The notes under the pieces are model-generated. The model was not told where the DNA came from, made no database searches, and was given only the letters and a program-made list of their open reading frames with translations. Shown in pieces: positions 7,702 through 15,496 of a stretch of DNA of 64,000 nucleotides. The stretch lies in the IMG/VR virus record IMGVR_UViG_3300018422_000002, positions 1 through 64,000 of that record, one strand, 5' to 3'. This DNA comes from a virus. Each line of letters begins with the position of its first letter. The stretch's first letter is position 1. The position numbers were made by a program, and so were the translations under genes.

Positions 7702-10275
7702 GTGACGTCGCGAAACACCACAAGGTGTGAGGAACGAGGGGACGGTACCGTCGGCGTCTACGCCCGGTGGGCGGCGGTAGCTGGGACGCCGCGCGTGGTC
7801 AGACGCGACGTCCCCGACCGCTACCCATCATGGGACGAACTCCGGCACAGAGGAAGGACGGCGTTCATCTTGACAGATCGTATCAGCGGACGCACAACTA
7901 CCCCGTACGGCGACGCCGCACGCGTGTACCGCGACCTGGGCTGGCGCGGCGTGCTGCCGGCGGACCTGAACGGACGACCGGGACACGTGCCGGCGGGCTT
8001 CAGCGGCGGCCACGACGTCGACCCGGACGACGACCAGGTCGCGGCGTGGGTCGCGTCGCACGGGGACCACAACGTCGCGCTGCGGCTGCCGGACGACGTG
8101 CTCGGCCTGGACGTCGACGTCTACGGCGACAAGCACGGCGATCAGACGGTGGACTACGTGGCCTACCAGCTGGGCGGCGACGGCGCGGGCGAGCTGCCGC
8201 CCACGTGGACGAGCACGGCGCGCGGCGCGGACCAGCGCAGTCGCATTCACCTGTACCGCGTGCCGGCCGGCGGGCGGTGGCGCAGCGACCTCGGGCGCGG
8301 CAGCTCCGTCGAGGTCATCCGGCGCGGCCACCGCTGGGTCCGGTGCTGGCCGTCGATCAACCGCAAGGCGCCCGGCGAGCCGGTCTACCGGTGGTACCGA
8401 CCGGACGGCACCGAGTCGGACCGGCCGCCGCGTCCGGAGGAGCTCGCCGAGCTGCCCAGCGCGTGGCTGGACGTACTGCGGGACGACGCGGCGATCCAGC
8501 TGCCCGGTCGGGCGTCGGCGGGCGACCGAGGGGATCACCGGCACGACGACGCGCCGTCCCTGGATCAGGACGGTCAACCGGTGGATCCGGATCTGATCCT
8601 CGAACGTGGCCTCGGTACGGAGGTCAACCAGCAGGTTGAGCTGTTCCGCTACATGTGCTCGCTGCGGGCACGCAACCTACGTCGGTCCGAGATGATCGCG
8701 CTCGGCATGTGCGCGCTTCAGAGGATCAGTAACGTACCGGGACACCTCAAGGGCGACTGGTGCCCCGACGACATCATCAAGCTCGTGGACCGCGTCCGAC
8801 GCGAGTACGCACCAGGTGGTGCGACGCAGCTCACGCCGGCGATGCAGGCGTTCGCCGAGCGCGTCCGCACCGGCACGATCACGGTGGACGAGCCGCCGCT
8901 CGTCGAGGAGTCGGCCACGGACCTGGGCAACAGCCTGCGGTTCGCGCGGCTCTTTCGGGACCGCGTCCGGTACGCGGCAGACGTCGAGCGGTGGTACGTC
9001 TGGGACGGTCGGCGGTGGGCGCCGGACCGCACCGGGCGCGTCGTCGACCTGACCAAGCACGTCATCGACGACGTCCGGAGGACGGCGCTCACGGAGACCG
9101 GCGACGACCAGGGACGGTGGACGCAGTGGGCGCACCAGTCGGAGTCACTAGCACGTCGCGAGGCGACGATCAAGGGCGCGCGGTCCGAGCCGGGCATCGT
9201 GGTGCAGTCGGACGTCTTCGACACCGACCCGCAGCTGCTCGTCGTGCGGAACGGCACGCTCGACCTGCTGACCGGTGAGCTACGTCCCAGCGAACCGACG
9301 GACCTGTGCAGCCAGCTCGCCGAGGTCGACTACGACCCCGACGCGACCTACGAGCGTTGGATCAGGCACGTACGGCTGCTCTGTCGCGACGACCAGGAGC
9401 TGGTGGCGTACATGGCGCGTGCGGTCGGCTACACGCTGACCGGCGACGTCGGCGCGCGGTCGTTCTTCTTCCTGGAGGGTCGCGGCTCGAACGGTAAGAA
9501 CACGTTCATCGAGCCGATCATGCAGATGATGGGGTCGTACGCGCAGACGGCGGCGCCCAGCCTGGTCGTCGGCGGCGAGGACCAGCACCCGACGGTCATC
9601 GCCGACCTACTCGGTGCGCGGCTCGTGTTCGTCGACGAGACACGCAAGGAGCAGAAGCTCAACGCGGAGCGCATCAAGGCCCTCACCGGTTCTAAGCTGC
9701 TCAAGGCGCGGCAGATGCGCAAGGACTTCTTTCAGTTCGAGGCAAGGTTCAAGCTCTGGATCGCGGGGAACGGTGCGCCTCGACTGCAGGACGACTCGGA
9801 CGGCGTCTGGAAGCGACTGCACCGCATCGTCTGTCACGGGAAGGTCACGGACGCGCAGCGCATCGACCGGTTCGGCGACGTGCTCTACCAGGAGGAGGCC
9901 GGCGGCATCCTCAACTGGGCGTTGACGGGACTGCGGGATTACCGGACGCGGCGGCTCGCGACGCCGGAGACCGTCGTCGCGGACGTGGCCAGCTTCCGGC
10001 ACGACGAGAACTACGAGCTTCAGTTCTTCGAGGAGTACGTCGAGGTCACCGGTGACCCGGCGGATCGACTCACCAGTCAGCAGCTCTTCGCGGCGTACGA
10101 GCGCTGGTGCGAGTTCAACGGCGTGCGCACACACGAGCGGAAGAACAACGTCTACCTGTCGCGGTCGGTAAGTGGGTTCGAGCTGGACGGCGTCGGTCCG
10201 GCCGAGTGGAAGATGCAGGGCAGAAAGGTCAGGGGCTTCAACGGCATCCGTTGGATCGTGTCGACCGACGACTAG
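7702..10275 (+). CDS. bifunctional DNA primase-polymerase / D5-N / P4-type SF3 helicase
   Basis: 857 aa. Prim-pol DxD (LGLDVDVYG). D5_N-like region (NSLRFARLF...WYVWDGRRW). Walker A GRGSNGKN within FFFLEGRGSNGKNTFIEPIM, and Walker B VFVDE. Confidence 0.9.
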   Translation: MTSRNTTRCEERGDGTVGVYARWAAVAGTPRVVRRDVPDRYPSWDELRHRGRTAFILTDRISGRTTTPYGDAARVYRDLGWRGVLPADLNGRPGHVPAGFSGGHDVDPDDDQVAAWVASHGDHNVALRLPDDVLGLDVDVYGDKHGDQTVDYVAYQLGGDGAGELPPTWTSTARGADQRSRIHLYRVPAGGRWRSDLGRGSSVEVIRRGHRWVRCWPSINRKAPGEPVYRWYRPDGTESDRPPRPEELAELPSAWLDVLRDDAAIQLPGRASAGDRGDHRHDDAPSLDQDGQPVDPDLILERGLGTEVNQQVELFRYMCSLRARNLRRSEMIALGMCALQRISNVPGHLKGDWCPDDIIKLVDRVRREYAPGGATQLTPAMQAFAERVRTGTITVDEPPLVEESATDLGNSLRFARLFRDRVRYAADVERWYVWDGRRWAPDRTGRVVDLTKHVIDDVRRTALTETGDDQGRWTQWAHQSESLARREATIKGARSEPGIVVQSDVFDTDPQLLVVRNGTLDLLTGELRPSEPTDLCSQLAEVDYDPDATYERWIRHVRLLCRDDQELVAYMARAVGYTLTGDVGARSFFFLEGRGSNGKNTFIEPIMQMMGSYAQTAAPSLVVGGEDQHPTVIADLLGARLVFVDETRKEQKLNAERIKALTGSKLLKARQMRKDFFQFEARFKLWIAGNGAPRLQDDSDGVWKRLHRIVCHGKVTDAQRIDRFGDVLYQEEAGGILNWALTGLRDYRTRRLATPETVVADVASFRHDENYELQFFEEYVEVTGDPADRLTSQQLFAAYERWCEFNGVRTHERKNNVYLSRSVSGFELDGVGPAEWKMQGRKVRGFNGIRWIVSTDD

Positions 10276-10327
10276 ACGACACCAGCGAGGGCGTCTGCAG
10301 GTGGCTCGACGAGCGTGATCGAAGGAC

Positions 10328-10660
10328 GGTTCCGGTACCCGAGTAGGGGGTTCCGGTAGGCGGTTCCGGTACCTAGGCGGGTACCGGAACCCGGATGGTG
10401 AGATAGGACCTAAAAATTGATAGGAGTTGGTAGTGGAACCGGGTAGTGGAACCGGTAGTGGTAACCGGTTGACCAGTACGGTTCCGGTAGTTCCGGTAGT
10501 TCCAGTAAAAATAGAGTATGTAGCGACGCGCGCGCACACGCCCGCCAGGACTTTGGCTCTACTGGCTTCATACGGTATCTACCGGAACTACCGGAACCGG
10601 ACCCAAAATCTTAGTGAGATCGGGCCCAAAAAACATCATGCGGTTCCGGTACCGGAACCG
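10328..10660. promoter_or_regulatory. iteron-like repeat array with A-rich tracts (candidate replication origin)
   Basis: At least 13 copies or variants of GGTTCCGGTA / TACCGGAACC in both orientations. Includes a perfect 20-bp palindrome at 10641-10660. A-rich tracts at 10409-10424, 10502-10523 and 10625-10640. Confidence 0.6.
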
Positions 10661-10732
10661 GGACATCTTCACGGCACCGAAGACGATCAGAGCTAGCGTC
10701 TGGACGAGGACCAGAGACGCTAGGGAGCGACC

Positions 10733-10969
10733 TTGAGCACATACGATACGAGTAGTTACGAGGGCTCGATCTTCGTCGGACAACCGTGTGACTTCTGCGG
10801 TGGACGGTTCGTCCGAGACGAGTGGTTTGTGATGTGGCGAGGATCACGTGACATACTCGGCTACCACCGCGAGTGCGCACGTGCGTTCGCGTTACACCTC
10901 ATCAAGGACTCGTTCGACGGTCCGTACCTCGGCACGTCACCGGGCGTCTCGTCGCGGTCCAGCGAGTAG
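10733..10969 (+). CDS. hypothetical protein (CxxC...HxxC)
   Basis: 78-aa ORF. TTG start is preceded by GGGAG. Confidence 0.55.
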   Translation: MSTYDTSSYEGSIFVGQPCDFCGGRFVRDEWFVMWRGSRDILGYHRECARAFALHLIKDSFDGPYLGTSPGVSSRSSE

Positions 10970-10978
10970 ACTGAGGAC

Positions 10979-11554
10979 GTGGCCGGTCGTGGATACGCGC
11001 GCAGACTCGCACTCAAGTGTCCCGAGCTGAAGCGCCGGGGCACGCGGGCCGGACGGCCGTGCCGTCTGCTGGCCGGCGAGGGCACGCGACACCGTGGGTT
11101 CGGTCCGTGCCAGGCACACGGTAGTAGTAGTCAACATCGAGCGTGGGAGCTGGCCTTGGACGTAGCACGAGAGCTGCAGGTCTCGCCCTGGGACGCGCTA
11201 CTACTGTCGACGCGACTCGCGGCGGGCCGCGTGGCCTGGGTCGACCGGCAGCTGGTGGAGGCGACGCGGGCGGACGACGGAGGCGCGGGTTCGGTAGCCG
11301 TCGGACGCTGGCTCAAGGAGTCGCGCCTGGAGCGCACGTTGCTGGCGCGGACCGCCAAGGCGGCGGTGGACGCCGGGGTCGCGGAGCGCCTGGTCAGGCA
11401 GGTGGAGCTGGAGGGTCGCCTCGTCGCCGAGGTGCTCGGCCGGACGCTGGACGCGCTCGAGCTGACCGCCGAGCAGCGGCAGGTCGCGTTCGCGGTCGCG
11501 CACCGCGAGCTGCTCCAGCTGGAGTCGGCGGACGTCGAGGGAGGTTTCGCGTGA
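10979..11554 (+). CDS. hypothetical protein with N-terminal Cys/His motif and helical C-terminus
   Basis: 191 aa. N-terminal GRPCRLLAGEGTRHRGFGPCQAHG. No confident family call. Confidence 0.6.
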   Translation: MAGRGYARRLALKCPELKRRGTRAGRPCRLLAGEGTRHRGFGPCQAHGSSSQHRAWELALDVARELQVSPWDALLLSTRLAAGRVAWVDRQLVEATRADDGGAGSVAVGRWLKESRLERTLLARTAKAAVDAGVAERLVRQVELEGRLVAEVLGRTLDALELTAEQRQVAFAVAHRELLQLESADVEGGFA

Positions 11555-11787
11555 CGTCGGGCACGGTCGGCACGTGCGGACGCTGCGCCGCCCGCTGGAC
11601 GGCGGCGGGCGCGGCGCACTGCGCGGGTTGTCACCGGACGTTCTCGACGGTGTCCGGGTTCGACAAGCATCGGACGCGGGACGACGGCTGCCTGGAGCCG
11701 ACGACGGTCGGCCTGGAGTATCGGAACGGCGCGTTCCGTGGGCCTCAGATGCCATCTGACGTGCTGGCGGCACGACTGGGTCGATAG
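11551..11787 (+). CDS. FDxHR-motif putative zinc-binding protein
   Basis: GTG 11551 in a GTGA overlap. CGRC...AHCAGCHRTFSTVSGFDKHR resembles the FDXHR zinc-binding family as I recall it. Confidence 0.6.
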   Translation: MTSGTVGTCGRCAARWTAAGAAHCAGCHRTFSTVSGFDKHRTRDDGCLEPTTVGLEYRNGAFRGPQMPSDVLAARLGR

Positions 11788-11834
11788 ACGCCGGAGGCCG
11801 CCCAGCTACGCTGGACGGCCTCTACGGGGCGGCG

Positions 11835-11975
11835 CTAACGCGGCCTCGGGTTACGCGGACGCTGCGGACAGCGCGCCACGTGCTGGACGGCCTCGTCGCT
11901 GGTCAGCGGCGTGTTACAGTGCGGACAGGTCGTGGCCGGCGTCGGTGGTGGGTCGTCCGGTCGGTCGTCGGTCAC
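11835..11975 (-). CDS. small C2HC zinc-finger protein
   Basis: 46 aa from GTG 11975 (GTGA overlap with 11972..12118). Module CPHC-x11-H-x3-C. Confidence 0.55.
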   Translation of the reverse strand: MTDDRPDDPPPTPATTCPHCNTPLTSDEAVQHVARCPQRPRNPRPR

Positions 11976-12118
11976 TCGTCGCTGTCCGGGTCGCCGGGCC
12001 TCGGGATCATGCCGGTGCTGAGCGTCTCGCCGCACACCGTGCAGCGGACGACGCGACGGTCGCCCTCGTCCTGAGGCGTGCCCTCGGTGTGGTTGCCTGG
12101 TCCGCAGCTGATCGTCAT
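11972..12118 (-). CDS. small CxxC protein
   Basis: 48-aa ORF, not in the track. ATG 12118 is preceded by GAGGAA. Sequence MTISCGPGNHTEGTPQDEGDRRVVRCTVCGETLSTGMIPRPGDPDSDE. Confidence 0.5.
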   Translation of the reverse strand: MTISCGPGNHTEGTPQDEGDRRVVRCTVCGETLSTGMIPRPGDPDSDE

Positions 12119-12133
12119 CGTGTTCGTTCCTCT

Positions 12134-12166
12134 TCTCTGGTAGACTAACTTCCTTAAGGAAGTTAG
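12134..12166 (-). promoter_or_regulatory. conserved motif copy 1: TCTCTGGTAGA + 22-bp perfect palindrome CTAACTTCCTTAAGGAAGTTAG
   Basis: Seen directly. Lies 16 nt upstream of the leftward start at 12118. Contains TAGTCT on the minus strand. Confidence 0.5.
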
Positions 12167-12360
12167 CTGGCCGGCGGCGGCTCGAACGGCTGCCGCTCGG
12201 TGACCACGGTGTGGTTACCGTCGTGGTCGCAGGTGCAGTCGTCCTGCCCGATCGACGTGTCGTAGAAGTTGCCTCGCGCGTCGGTGTACACGCGCTTAAG
12301 CTGGACCCTCTGGTGCGGCGCGCGGTGCTGGGCGCTCACGCGTCTGTCGTCTCCTCTCAT
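12163..12360 (-). CDS. small protein with DCTC..G.HT motif
   Basis: ORF 12163..12369, with ATG at 12360. Contains DDCTCDHDGNHTV. Confidence 0.5.
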   Translation of the reverse strand: MRGDDRRVSAQHRAPHQRVQLKRVYTDARGNFYDTSIGQDDCTCDHDGNHTVVTERQPFEPPPAS

Positions 12361-12433
12361 GGGGTTCAACCCGCGGGTTTCCGCTGGTCAGGAGGACACA
12401 CGTGTGAGTTCGTCCACACGTGCGTCGACCTCA

Positions 12434-12598
12434 CTAGCGGTTCTCCTCACGAAGGTCGACGGTCTCCATGAGCCGCGTGTGATCCTTGCCGCCGCTGGAG
12501 TCGCACGTGCACGTGCTGGAGCCCGTACCCGTGGTCGACCTTGTGCCGTCGACGTTGATCGTGATCCGCTGGCGGTACTCGGTGTGTGGTTCGCCCAT
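12434..12598 (-). CDS. small protein with TCTC..GG..HT motif
   Basis: 54-aa ORF, not in the track. ATG 12598 is preceded by GGAGAGGAAG. Contains STCTCDSSGGKDHT. Confidence 0.5.
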   Translation of the reverse strand: MGEPHTEYRQRITINVDGTRSTTGTGSSTCTCDSSGGKDHTRLMETVDLREENR

Positions 12599-12611
12599 CG
12601 TGCTTCCTCTC

Positions 12612-12923
12612 CTAGATCGGGTCGCCGCGCTGGATCCGCGCGACCCAGAACTCCTGCAGCCTGGACAGCTCCGTGTAGTGTTCGCTGGCTAGCCGCCTGA
12701 CTAGGTCGCCGAGCTCGTCGCGGGTCGGCGCCCGCTGGAGTCGTCGAAGCGCGACGCGGTACGACTCGGCGGTGGCGTCGACGCCGTACACGGCGTCGAC
12801 GTCGACCTCGTCGTACGCCTCGAGCAGCGCCTCGACGGCCGCCAGCGACCGCTCGCCGCGTCGCCGGTCGGCGATCACGTCGTCGAACGCCACCCGCAGG
12901 ACCGGGTGCTCACCGTTCGCCAC
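12612..12923 (-). CDS. hypothetical protein
   Basis: 103-aa ORF. GTG is preceded by GAGGAGG. Confidence 0.65.
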   Translation of the reverse strand: MANGEHPVLRVAFDDVIADRRRGERSLAAVEALLEAYDEVDVDAVYGVDATAESYRVALRRLQRAPTRDELGDLVRRLASEHYTELSRLQEFWVARIQRGDPI

Positions 12924-12942
12924 ATCGGCCTCCTCTCGTCGG

Positions 12943-12974
12943 TCTCTGGTAAACTGACCTCCTTAAGGAGGTCA
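12943..12974 (-). promoter_or_regulatory. conserved motif copy 2: TCTCTGGTAAA + 20-bp perfect palindrome TGACCTCCTTAAGGAGGTCA
   Basis: Seen directly. Lies 20 nt upstream of the leftward start at 12923. The minus strand reads TTGACC at the palindrome edge. Confidence 0.5.
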
Positions 12975-12993
12975 AGTTGCCTAGCCTCGGCCG

Positions 12994-13134
12994 TCAGCCG
13001 CCGTACGGGCAGGGCCCAAGCTGCACGTCACCCAGCGCGAGGTGTGCTACTGGGCGGCCGTCCTCGTCGGCGTTCACCGTGATGCCACAGCCCTCGCACG
13101 TGACCCGCCTGGGCTTCTCCTCGTCGTCCGCCAC
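12994..13134 (-). CDS. small CxxC protein
   Basis: ORF 12994..13182 trimmed to GTG 13134, which is preceded by GGAAGGAG. Contains VTCEGCG...GPCPYGG. Confidence 0.5.
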   Translation of the reverse strand: MADDEEKPRRVTCEGCGITVNADEDGRPVAHLALGDVQLGPCPYGG

Positions 13135-13136
13135 AC

Positions 13137-13205
13137 CTATCTCCTTCCGAGGCACGTGCCCCAGTGGCTGTGTTCGGGGCACGGTGGTTGGTCGTTGATC
13201 ACCAT
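13137..13205 (-). CDS. possible 22-aa micro-ORF
   Basis: ATG 13205 is preceded by a strong AGGAGG. Sequence MVINDQPPCPEHSHWGTCLGRR. Very short, so uncertain. Confidence 0.3.
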   Translation of the reverse strand: MVINDQPPCPEHSHWGTCLGRR

Positions 13206-13215
13206 GTGTTACCTC

Positions 13216-13377
13216 CTACTCGTCCTGCTCGGTCGACGTCGGTGGGCCCTCGACCGGACGGCTCGGGCAGGTGGCGATGTGTCCCGCCGACCAGTTCTCG
13301 GGAAAGTAGTTCCCACAGTGGGGGCACTTGTCCTGCCCCTGCGTGTTGAAGTCACCCACGTCGTTACGTCGTGGCAC
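13216..13377 (-). CDS. small C2HC zinc-finger protein
   Basis: 53-aa ORF, not in the track. GTG 13377. KCPHCGNYFPENWSAGHIATC (CPHC-x11-H-x3-C). Confidence 0.55.
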   Translation of the reverse strand: MPRRNDVGDFNTQGQDKCPHCGNYFPENWSAGHIATCPSRPVEGPPTSTEQDE

Positions 13378-13387
13378 GTGTCACCTT

Positions 13388-13534
13388 CTACTCGTCGTTC
13401 TGGTTAGTTGGGTTGCTCGCGCAGCTGTCCACGTGTGACTGCACCGTGGCCTGTGGAAAGCTCTGAGAGCAGTGCGGACACGTCTGCGGTCCCGGTGTAT
13501 AGAACGCGTGAGGTTCACGGTCGTCCCAGGACAT
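13388..13534 (-). CDS. small C2HC zinc-finger protein
   Basis: 48-aa ORF, not in the track. ATG 13534 is preceded by GAGGAGG. TCPHCSQSFPQATVQSHVDSC. Confidence 0.55.
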   Translation of the reverse strand: MSWDDREPHAFYTPGPQTCPHCSQSFPQATVQSHVDSCASNPTNQNDE

Positions 13535-13546
13535 CCTTACCTCCTC

Positions 13547-13741
13547 TCAGCAGTCGCGCAGCCGCGCCTGGTGGTAGACGACGCGGTCCACGCAGTCGTC
13601 GCTGGGCCGCGTCGTCGGCCGGTCGTCCGGCACGCCGACGGTCAGCAGTAGGTAGACCGCCAGCGCGACGCCGGACAGCGCGACCGCCAGCGGCAACGCC
13701 GATCCAGCGGGGACGCGCGACGTCGGACGACGAGGCGTCAC
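13547..13741 (-). CDS. small membrane protein
   Basis: GTG 13741 in a GTGA overlap. Hydrophobic helix LPLAVALSGVALAVYLLLTV. Confidence 0.5.
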   Translation of the reverse strand: MTPRRPTSRVPAGSALPLAVALSGVALAVYLLLTVGVPDDRPTTRPSDDCVDRVVYHQARLRDC

Positions 13742-13974
13742 GCGAGCTCCAGCCCGTTTGCCTCGCCGCAGTCGCCGTGGGCCATGACGTACGCGCCGAC
13801 CTGCGCCGGGTTCTTGAAGTGGCCCACCGGGTCGTCGACGGTGCCGGGCTCGTGGCACACCTGGCACGGGTCCTTCTCGCCGGTCTCCCGGACGAGGTCC
13901 GCGAGCGGCGTGAACCGCTCGCGGTCCGGCAGCTCGCGCGGGTGGGTCACGTCGTCGCGACGAACCGACCTCAC
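13738..13974 (-). CDS. hypothetical protein
   Basis: ORF 13738..14391 trimmed to GTG 13974 (GTGA overlap with 13971..14339). Confidence 0.55.
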   Translation of the reverse strand: MRSVRRDDVTHPRELPDRERFTPLADLVRETGEKDPCQVCHEPGTVDDPVGHFKNPAQVGAYVMAHGDCGEANGLELA

Positions 13975-14339
13975 GGGTGAATCACCCGCGTCGTCCAGGT
14001 CGGGTGTGAGTTTAGCTCGCGCTCGATCGCCTCGAGGCCGGCCGACGCCGCACGCCGCCGCTTGTACTCGACGGCCTCGGGGCCGGCGAGCACGCGGTCG
14101 TTCGCGCCGGACGGGGTCGTGCTGAGCGCGTGCAGCTCGTCGAGCGTCTCGGGCAGCGACAGCGGCGGCTTGTTCCACGCGCTGGGCGGGAACCCACCTC
14201 GGCTGAGCCACTCGTCCAGCTGCTCGAAGCGCTCCTGCAGCCACTCGCCGTGCGTGGCGCGCAGCGCGGGGGACGTCGCCTCGTCGTTCATGACCTTCAC
14301 GTGTTCGCGCAGCTCCGCGAGCGTAACGTCGGGGTCCAC
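13971..14339 (-). CDS. hypothetical protein
   Basis: 122-aa ORF. GTG start is preceded by GAGGAG. A TATGAT box lies ~45 nt upstream on the minus strand. Confidence 0.65.
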   Translation of the reverse strand: MDPDVTLAELREHVKVMNDEATSPALRATHGEWLQERFEQLDEWLSRGGFPPSAWNKPPLSLPETLDELHALSTTPSGANDRVLAGPEAVEYKRRRAASAGLEAIERELNSHPTWTTRVIHP

Positions 14340-14417
14340 CTGGTGCTCCTCTGGTCGTCGGTCGGTCTGGTCGCGCGGTCCAGTTAATCATATCACAGTC
14401 GCGTCGGCCGGAACGCG

Positions 14418-14461
14418 CCGGTCTACGATCGTTCGCTACCGCGAACGCGCCGGTAGACCGG
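14418..14461 (-). terminator. hairpin after gene 14482..15084
   Basis: 9-bp inverted repeat CCGGTCTAC / GTAGACCGG with a 26-nt interior. GAACGCGCCGGT is directly repeated. Confidence 0.35.
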
Positions 14462-14481
14462 TACGAACCGCCCGCAACGAC

Positions 14482-15084
14482 CTAACGTGACCCGCCGGGC
14501 AGGAGCGCCGCCAGGGCCGCGCTGGTCTCGGCGTCGACCACGGGTGGTGCGGGCTTCCGAAACTCGGCGAACATCTTACGGCAGACCGGCCCGATGCCGA
14601 GTTCCACCGACTTGGCGTCCTTGAGCGGGTGCCCAAACAGGCACATGCCGTACCGGATGATGAACGGCTTGGCCTCCTCCCAGGTCATCCGCTCATCCGG
14701 ATCCAGCCGGTTGAGCATCCCGGGCGCGTAGTCGAAGTCGATCTTCACGACCTCGTCCGCCGCGTTCAGGCGGCGACCACCGATCTCCACGAGCCTCTTC
14801 GCGTACAGCCGGGTCTTGTCCCGGTTGAGCTGCACGATGAAGATCGTGCCGTCGTGGCGGTAGGCTCCCGGCTGAAGTCGGTTCCCCTCGAGGTCGAGCG
14901 GTGCCTCCTTGAGCAGCTCGATCAGGTCCATCACCTGGTAGCGGTCCAGCTGACGGTTCTCTCGCATGGCGCCGAGGTTCTCGATCCGCTCCTCACCACA
15001 CGTGCCGAGCGCGGGGTACTCCCGCTCGCCGGCGAGGCCGTACACGTAGCCCCACTGCTTCTCGGTGGGCTCAACGTACGTCAC
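14482..15084 (-). CDS. DUF6011-like protein
   Basis: 200 aa. N-terminal PTEKQWGYVYGL and C-terminal GIGPVCRK resemble the DUF6011 pattern as I recall it. GTG is preceded by GAAGGAGG. Confidence 0.6.
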   Translation of the reverse strand: MTYVEPTEKQWGYVYGLAGEREYPALGTCGEERIENLGAMRENRQLDRYQVMDLIELLKEAPLDLEGNRLQPGAYRHDGTIFIVQLNRDKTRLYAKRLVEIGGRRLNAADEVVKIDFDYAPGMLNRLDPDERMTWEEAKPFIIRYGMCLFGHPLKDAKSVELGIGPVCRKMFAEFRKPAPPVVDAETSAALAALLPGGSR

Positions 15085-15112
15085 GTGACACCTCCTTCTC
15101 TTCTTCGGTCGA

Positions 15113-15149
15113 CTAACCGGTCACGGCGTGGGGCCCGCCCCGTCGGGCC
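15113..15149 (-). promoter_or_regulatory. conserved intergenic unit 1 (CTAACCGGTCACGGC + GC hairpin)
   Basis: 15-mer identical to 15497-15511. Adjacent hairpin GGCCCG/CGGGCC. Sits between a leftward stop and the next leftward start. Confidence 0.5.
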
Positions 15150-15164
15150 TCCACCGTCACCTCG

Positions 15165-15470
15165 TTAGACGTCGCGGTACTCACACGTGGCCGTGTGACC
15201 ACGGTAGATCGCACTCACGTCGTACCGGTTGCGGCAGTGTGGGCAACGCTCGTGCTCCCAGAGCAGCGCCCGCGCGATCACGACGATCATGTGTGCCTCT
15301 ACGTCGTCGTTCGCCGCGTCTAGGACGTAACCGTCCTTCGTCTCCTGCTCCTGAAAGTAGGTGATCAGGCGGTCCGCCTCGTCGCCTTGCTCGGTCTCAC
15401 GAATGTGATTGAGCGCCAACTGTCGCAGCTCGGGTGTGAGGATGGCCGTCACCTGCCCGTACTTGATCAT
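15165..15470 (-). CDS. hypothetical protein with C-terminal C2HC zinc finger
   Basis: 101 aa. The C-terminus CPHCRNRYDVSAIYRGHTATCEY is homologous to the C-terminus of 17743..18072. Confidence 0.65.
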   Translation of the reverse strand: MIKYGQVTAILTPELRQLALNHIRETEQGDEADRLITYFQEQETKDGYVLDAANDDVEAHMIVVIARALLWEHERCPHCRNRYDVSAIYRGHTATCEYRDV

Positions 15471-15496
15471 CTGTGTTCCCTAGGGTCGTGTTCCGT

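Noticed and set aside
10328-10660. Possible CRISPR array
   Set aside because: The repeat unit is only ~10 nt, occurs in both orientations, and has irregular spacing with no spacer-like unique segments. This fits iterons, not CRISPR.
10427-10880. ORFs 10427-10696 (+), 10568-10783 (-) and 10611-10880 (-)
   Set aside because: They run through the iteron and A-rich repeat array. Their sequences are products of the repeats (for example VPVVPVVPV), and they lack RBSs.
10979-11554. Calling this gene the small terminase
   Set aside because: Only a vague resemblance of the N-terminal Cys/His segment supports it. The gene is 21 kb from terL at the end of the replication operon. It is left as hypothetical.
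12977-13198. Plus-strand ORF starting at a TTG just after the AAGGAGG of the palindrome
   Set aside because: The apparent SD is part of the palindrome. The opposite strand encodes coupled small genes with their own strong RBSs.
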